From the human T2T-CHM13v2.0 reference genome, Homo sapiens, in assembly GCF_009914755.1 (NCBI RefSeq), contig NC_060948.1: a stretch of DNA of 64,000 bases; one strand, 5' to 3'. Positions 57,288-64,000 of this stretch are shown one piece after another. Made by a program: the position numbers and the translations under genes. Numbering within the stretch: the stretch's first letter is position 1; the number at the start of each line of letters is the position of its first letter. Below the pieces are notes generated by a model. The model was not told the origin of the DNA. It did no database searches and saw only the letters and a list, made by a program, of their open reading frames with translations.

Positions 57288-60200
57288 AATGGGATTAAAA
57301 AAATTTTTTTTCTCAGTGGTTTAAATGGAAAGACCTCTTTTCCAGCTCTAAACTTTTTCTTCTGCCTGGTCTAGCATATTGTTAAAGTTGTCAACTCTAT
57401 TTGTAATTTCTTCAATACATTTTTATTTCCAGAAGTTTTGGGTTTTTTATTAATAATATGTATTATTTTTCGGATTTCTTTGTGTTAGTTTTTAACTTTA
57501 TCTTGTATTTCATTAAGCTTCCTTACAATCTATATTTTCAATTTTCTATCTGTCATTTTGGGACTTTAAATTTTGATTAGAGTACACATTGTTAGAGAGT
57601 AGGTATGATCTTTTGGTTGTGTCATAACACACTGATTTTTCCTACCATCAGGATTCATATTATGGTTTCTTTTCATCTAGGCAAGCTGTAATTTTTTTAT
57701 ATATTTCTATTTACTTTTGTTTGGATAAGATGTCATTTTCTCACTTTAGAGCATGATTGTCACGTATGTTGTGTATGGTCATTTGGTTTCTATCCTATGT
57801 GCTGTTTCAGCAAAGGCTACTGGATGAATTTTTTGCTTATAGGTAGCTTTCATGAAGTGGCTTCCATAAATGTTGGTTGTAATAATGATGCACGCAGCGT
57901 ATAAGCAGGGTCACTGCCTTCTGTAAAACTGGGGTTGTGAAGGTCTTAGAAAGCTGATTTTATTCCTTACCATTGTGTTTTTTTGTCAGCACGTTTTATA
58001 TTGAATTGTAGAGTTTAACCTCCATGCTGGTAGGTGGTGCTTATAGGGAAGAGCCATTGTGGCAGAAGCAGATGGGATCTGCTTGATCTTTGTTTACTGG
58101 GAGGTGTTTTCTCTTGTTCCTGGTGATGCACTTGTTTGTGGAATATATGGTGTTATGAATTTCCTGTTCAAGGCATGCAGGGGTGGGGAGAAAGTCAGCT
58201 GGACCTGGATTTCTATACTTGTCTTTTAATGTCCCAATGTCAAGTAAAGGCACCAGCTATAATCGGGGGGACAGGCAAACTCCTGATGAGTGGAGGACAC
58301 CACCAGCAGGGGGACTGCATCGGCTCCACGTTCTCAGAAAGCAGAAATGTGGTTGATTCTCTGTATCTCCCCTGTCCCAGGGCTCCTGACTGTCAGTTCA
58401 AGCAGAAACTGACATCTACTTCCAGGGCACAATGTAGCATACCATGAAAAATACCTGCCCTGTTGTTCTCTGCAGAAATGGCTCCAAGGTAAAATGTCTT
58501 TCCTTAGCCCAATACAGACAGAGATGTTGTTCTATTTTTCAATGCAGATATGCTGTTGCTTCATGCAGAGAGGGAGAAGACCGCCATTTTTTGGTATGTG
58601 TGAATGTGTGTCAGCTATGTGATATGAGCTTGTTGGGTTTGCCTGATGTCAGACGCTAGTAGAGGCAATCAGGTGCCAGTCGTGGTGGACTAGGTTAGGC
58701 AATCTTCCAGTTTCTACCCTAGATGACCCTCTGGATGGTATGCAGAAGTCCTAGAGGGACATAATTGGGACTGAGTTTTCCTAAGATACCCAGGGTTTAG
58801 GTGATGTCTGTAATGGGAATGGATAGACTAATTCTCAGGACACTGACAGAAAGCTCAGGCATGGTCAGGGTGCCTGTGCTGTGGACATGGCACCAGAGAA
58901 TGCAGGCCCCACCCAAGGGAGGCAAACATCTCTGAGCCATGTAACCTGCTCACACCTCCATCCAACAACAACAGCAGTATCTGACCCTGGCACACACAAA
59001 GGCATCCAGTCTCTTTGCTCTCTGCTCAGACTGGTGGTGGGAGCAGTGTTACAGCTGGCAGCCCTAGGGCACACTGGAAGCATTTGGGGCCCAGGATCTC
59101 AGAATGGCCCAAGGATGCAGTTAAAATGCTTGGTGGGTTGGGGGGTGGGGGTGGTACTAAACAGCTGTTCTGAAAGTCTGCTACCAGTGAAGGTGGTCCC
59201 CTCTTAGTGAGACCTATGAGATGTGCACCCTGTTTATGGAAATCTGCCATCAAAGAAGGCAGGTCTCTCTCAGTGGGAGCAGTGGAGGGAGACAGCTATG
59301 AGACTCACAGTTTTCTCATGCCCTTATCTCACAACCGTAGCAACAAAATGAATTGCTGATGAATATGAAGCTACCCGGGCTCTCAACTTTCTCTTCAGCC
59401 TGGCAACAATGGCAAGGGCAGCAGTGAAAGCCCCTGGAAGGCCACAGGACTCCAGGGTCTGAACTCTTAGGATTGCAGCAGTTTGCTGCTGAAAAAGTTA
59501 AGTAGGGGAAAGGATTCTGTGTTGCAGGCCCATCAACAGAGAAGGCTGGCCTCCTTGGTGGAAATAGTGGAGGCAGGCATAATTGGTGTCCAGTTCACGA
59601 ATTCCTCCATCCTCCAGCATCAGGGTTGGTATCTGTCCTTCAGGCTTGCAAAGGAGCTCAGTCTCCCTACTCCCTCCCTGGTTCAGTGGTGGCAGCCACA
59701 GTGACTTTGCTGGTGGCAGTGGCCTCAGGGAAGAATGCAGGTCTCTTGGGGTCCATGCCATAAGAATGGCACCTGACAGTGGCTGCTTAGGCTTTGAAAG
59801 CCTGCCAGGAGTATGCAATAGAGGGGAGACTTAAGAGGCTCTCCCTTAGCTGGGATTGTAAAACTCCAGTAAAACACTGATGTCTCAGGAGTTCATCTCT
59901 TACACCTTCCCTGTGTCAGACAGTCTCTCCCAGCTCTTTGCCAATCCTAGCCCAGCAAGCTGCCTGGCTTAACTCTTATTTGCCTTCCATAATTCTCATT
60001 GCTTATCTAATTAAATCCAGTGATTTTCTTAAACTATCTGTTTGAAGTGTGAATATTTGCTTGCTGTTTTGATCTTCTCCATGGAAGAGGTGCCATTAGC
60101 TGCATCTAGTCAGACATCTTGAACTGGAACAATTAATTATTTGTTTTTACTGGGATCTGTTGCTTGAGAGCTATTGTGTTTCTTTGTGTCATATTTTCTT

Positions 60201-61250
60201 TTTGAAGGAATATTTTCTTTGTTCTTATGTTGAGATCTGTGCATCTGATGAAACAATCATTTCTTCTAATATTTTAAATTTGCTTTTGTAGGGGAGGATG
60301 CTTTTCTGAAGGTGTACACATGTTGTTGGTTTGGTAAGGCACTTTGGCTTTAATTTGGGTTTATGCAGTAGTGTAATCTCTATAAATTTTTGGCTGTAAA
60401 CAACAGTATCTATGATTTCCTTGGTGACTTAGCATATATTTATTAGTGAAGGCAACAATGACGTTTTGTTGGGGACTGTGATGCCAGGTTGGGCAGTCTT
60501 GGTGCTTCAGTGGTAATAGTAAGCTAGTCATGCCTGTCCTTGGATCTTAGAGTGACGTATGCTGGCACTAATGTTAGTGGGTCTAGGTGGGCTGATTCTT
60601 CAGCCTCCAAGTGGATTCCTTGGATGACACAGTGGCTGTGGTAGGCCAGGCATGTAGGTAAGTTTCTATGCTCCTGGGCAAATATTATGTAAGTGATGGC
60701 AGTAGTGGTGGTAAAAGAATCCACTAAAACCCAAGAAGTCTGTGCTTATCTGGGCAGTCATTACAGCAGGCTGTGTGAATTAGTCTGTTGATAGCAGATG
60801 CAGGTAGGTACCAGCTGTAGTGATATTATCAGGTTGGGATGGCCTGATCTCATGCCGCAAGAGAACTGTTCATGTGCCAACAATGGTAGACTGAGTTGGG
60901 TAACTTTCAGGCCCAGGGATAATGTGCTCAAGAACCGGGTGGAAAATACCAGGCTGGGGAACTTGCCCTCTGGCACTCTGCTGGTGTTTTTATTTGTTAA
61001 CTGTGACAGTCAGTGATGGAGTGGTCCCCAGGATGTTGGCAGAATGCTCAGGTGGAGGCAGCAGTGGTCTCACTGAATCAGCTCCAAAGCAGCCCATAAC
61101 AACAGTAATGGGATTTCTTCACAAGGCATATGAAAGTGGCAGCCTTCACCTCTCTTTACCTGGACTGCTGGTGGCAGTGGCAGCATTAGCCATGGCCCCA
61201 GAGCAGAATGCAGCCCTTTGGAGTCTGTACACTCAAATTGCAGTTGGATT
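57288..61250 (-). mobile_element. Old L1M 5' regions (two ORF1 starts with GC-richer 5'UTRs)
   Basis: ORF1-like antisense sequence at 57330-57680 and 60140-60260; L1 5'-end-like ctagtcagacatcttg near 60105. Confidence 0.6.
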
Positions 61251-61254
61251 TTAA

Positions 61255-62600
61255 AATACCTTTTTCATCTCCCCCAGTCCCAATGCCAGAGAAGTAGCCT
61301 TAACTAGTAATACAGTGAACAGTGAGTTTTACCTCAATCAGGAGAAAAGTCAGCAGATTTAAAGTAGACAGAGAAAACATTTAGAGATAGGCAGAGAATT
61401 TAGAAGATTACATGTTAAATTTATAGTTGCGGAGGTTTGGTTTGCTTGTTTAAATAATGACTATTTGAGCTCTGAATTTTTCTTGATGCAATTTGGCCAT
61501 CAGTTTAAAAATATGTGCTAAAACATGCTGTAATATATAGCTACTTGTAGTCCAAGAAAACCTGTCATGACTTCATGCTTAAGAGTCTTGTTTATTATTT
61601 TAAAGTAAAACCCCATGAGAAAGCCCTTCCAATCTAGGGAGATACTTGCAAGTAAGTAAGGGTACTAACTGGAGGTTGGTTGTCCAGTGCCCTTATTGTT
61701 TCAGTTTTGGATGGTTTATTTCCTACTGTAAGATATTAGCAAAGCAGAAATGCTAATAACAAATAGCGGGCCATATGTGCTACATTGAGCAGCTATTGCT
61801 AATGGCTGTTATTCGCCTTATGTTTTTTTTTCTCTCCCTTTGACTAAGGTAAGTGTGGAGGCTCAGAGGAGGTGGGGTGAACAACTCATATTTGTGCCCC
61901 GGGACAAGTTAATTACTAATTATTTGTCACAAGGAGTCCCTTATAGGACCACTGCATATCACAAAGATTATGTCTCTGACATTTTCACGAGACCTCTGGT
62001 CACCTGGAGATGGCAAATCAAAATCTGACTGGAATAAGAAAATGCCTTTTGTTTTTGTATTTTTTCCTAGGCTTAAACCTAGGAAATTTTTAATAAGTCA
62101 TGTGTTGCTGAATCTTATTATAAATTATATTACAAGAAAAAGCAGCAGTACAACCTGGCCAACCAGATTACCTTACATAACTGTTCCTTTCTAGCATCTT
62201 TCAGTTAGGAGAATTTAATTTCTTGAGATACAAAAATATTCTGGAAAAACTTTATCTTTTATAAAAGAGTATAAACCACTGGTAAATAAAACTCATGACC
62301 ATCAATCAAGTGGGAGGTCTGAGATTTTCTCAGGAAGGTTTCATTCAGTCATCTGCAGATATGAAGGAAAAATTGGGGTTCAAAGGGCTGATGTTGGTAT
62401 CAAAGAACTCAGTTCCTGTAATGTTCCAGATGATCTTGGGATGTGTACTCTGAGGTCCCTGCATGATTGTTAAAATTGTTAGCTATAAAAAAGGGGGGTC
62501 TTATATAGAATTAAAGTTAGCTTTTTTTCAGAGTCTTACTGAGCATTGCAATTCAAGAGAGTATTTGCTCCAGGTAAGATTCAGCTCATATCCACCTGTG
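61255..62600 (-). mobile_element. Probable ERV1 (MER4-group) internal fragment
   Basis: Sequence character only; no ORF motif. Confidence 0.35.
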
Positions 62601-62604
62601 GTGG

Positions 62605-63690
62605 CTACAGGGTAAGACTCCTTCTCTTTGAGAAAAGTGAAGGGTAAAGTAAAGGACTTTGTCTAGCACCTTAGGTATCAGCCCAGCCACAGTGGAGTTA
62701 TGGGGTCTATGATTTCAGGCCTTGGCTCTAGGATGGCATTTCTGGACCTTCTAGGTCCAGAAGAGAGCCCACTGCCATGAAAGGTAAGTCACAGGTTTGG
62801 CAGCATTCTCTACTAGTTGACTTAAGACACCTTGGGCCTTAAGGGAACATCAGTGGCAGTCTGACAGTGTTCCATGTGGACCTGTGTTGGTGGTAGCCAT
62901 GGAGTGAGGTTCCTCTGTCTTTGGAAAGTGGACAGAAGAGAGAGAAGGACTGCAGTTTGTGGTTCAGCTCAGCTGCAGTACAATAAAACACCAGGTAGCC
63001 TTTAATATTTTAACATTAGTCCCTGGCTGCTGCGTGGCACCTTTGGAACTGCCTAGGTCATGAATAATTTACCACTCTGAAGGGAAGGACCCAGTACTGG
63101 CTGGCTTCATGACCTACTGATTGTAGAGCCCCAGGGCCTTGAGCCACCCTAGGTGGTAGGTAAGAGTGGTTAGAGCAGGCCATGTGTAAGATCCAGTGCC
63201 GTGTTGGCGTCTGGTCTGACCCAGCACAATTCTGCTGCTGGTGCCCACAGCAGTCCTTCTGTTATTACACTCCTGGCTCCAAGTGGCTTATGAGAGGAAA
63301 AGACACACATACACACACACACACATTCCATTTGGTAAGAAGCAGTGTTTGTGTTATTACTCTCCTGGCTCCAGGTGGCTTATGAGAGGGAAGGACACAC
63401 AGACACACACACACACACACACACACCATTTGTTTGGTAAAAAGCAAGAGAGGAGAACAAGAGTCTCTGCCTGGAAATCCAGAGAATTCTTCTGTGTCCT
63501 GTCTGAGACAATCAGGTGTTACCTCCATAAGTCTGAAAGAACCATAAGACCACAGGACTTGGGGTGACCCCTAAAGCCAATATATGTTAGAACACAATAC
63601 TCAAGTGTTTTTAAATATCTGGAAGCCTTCCCAAGAAAGAGAGGTACAAATAAGCCCAGACTATGAAGACCATAAGAAATATCTAATTCT
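62605..63690 (+). mobile_element. Old L1 (L1PB/L1MA-type) 5'UTR fragment
   Basis: gtaagactccttct, ggcatttctggacct, gagtctctgcctggaaatccagagaattct, gaagccttcccaagaa motifs. Confidence 0.7.
63260..63446. repeat. Two-copy ~92-bp tandem duplication, each copy with a (CA)n tract
   Basis: tgttattac..ctcctggctcca..gtggcttatgagagg..(CA)n..tttggtaa..agca at 63260 and 63352. Confidence 0.9.
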
Positions 63691-63999
<309 letters not shown>

Positions 64000-64000
64000 G

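Overview
Human genomic DNA (it carries the human-specific AluYb8/9 and L1Hs-Ta diagnostics) made almost entirely of nested transposable elements; I find no host protein-coding gene, RNA gene or CRISPR-like array. It holds a complete but decayed HERV-E provirus (4341-13155) inserted in a MER4-group ERV, a 3'-truncated HERV-K(HML-5)/LTR22 provirus inserted in an old L1, a Phe-primed HERV-H/F-type provirus (MER83/84-like LTRs) inserted inside an AluJ, a MER66-like ERV remnant with an ERVV-like env split by a MER9 solo LTR, two full-length L1PA6-8-age elements in convergent orientation, many older L1 pieces, over a dozen Alus or Alu fragments, and two young insertions (AluYb9-like and 5'-truncated L1Hs Ta-0). 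The most notable signals are (i) the two inverted full-length L1s, which have different TSDs but appear to share many non-consensus bases, (ii) an open, in-frame-extended ORF0 in one of them, (iii) the ERVV-type env fossil and (iv) the two young, possibly polymorphic insertions. I do not see a convincing new biological system. Subfamily names come from recalled consensus sequences and need RepeatMasker/Dfam confirmation; boundaries without a stated TSD are approximate.
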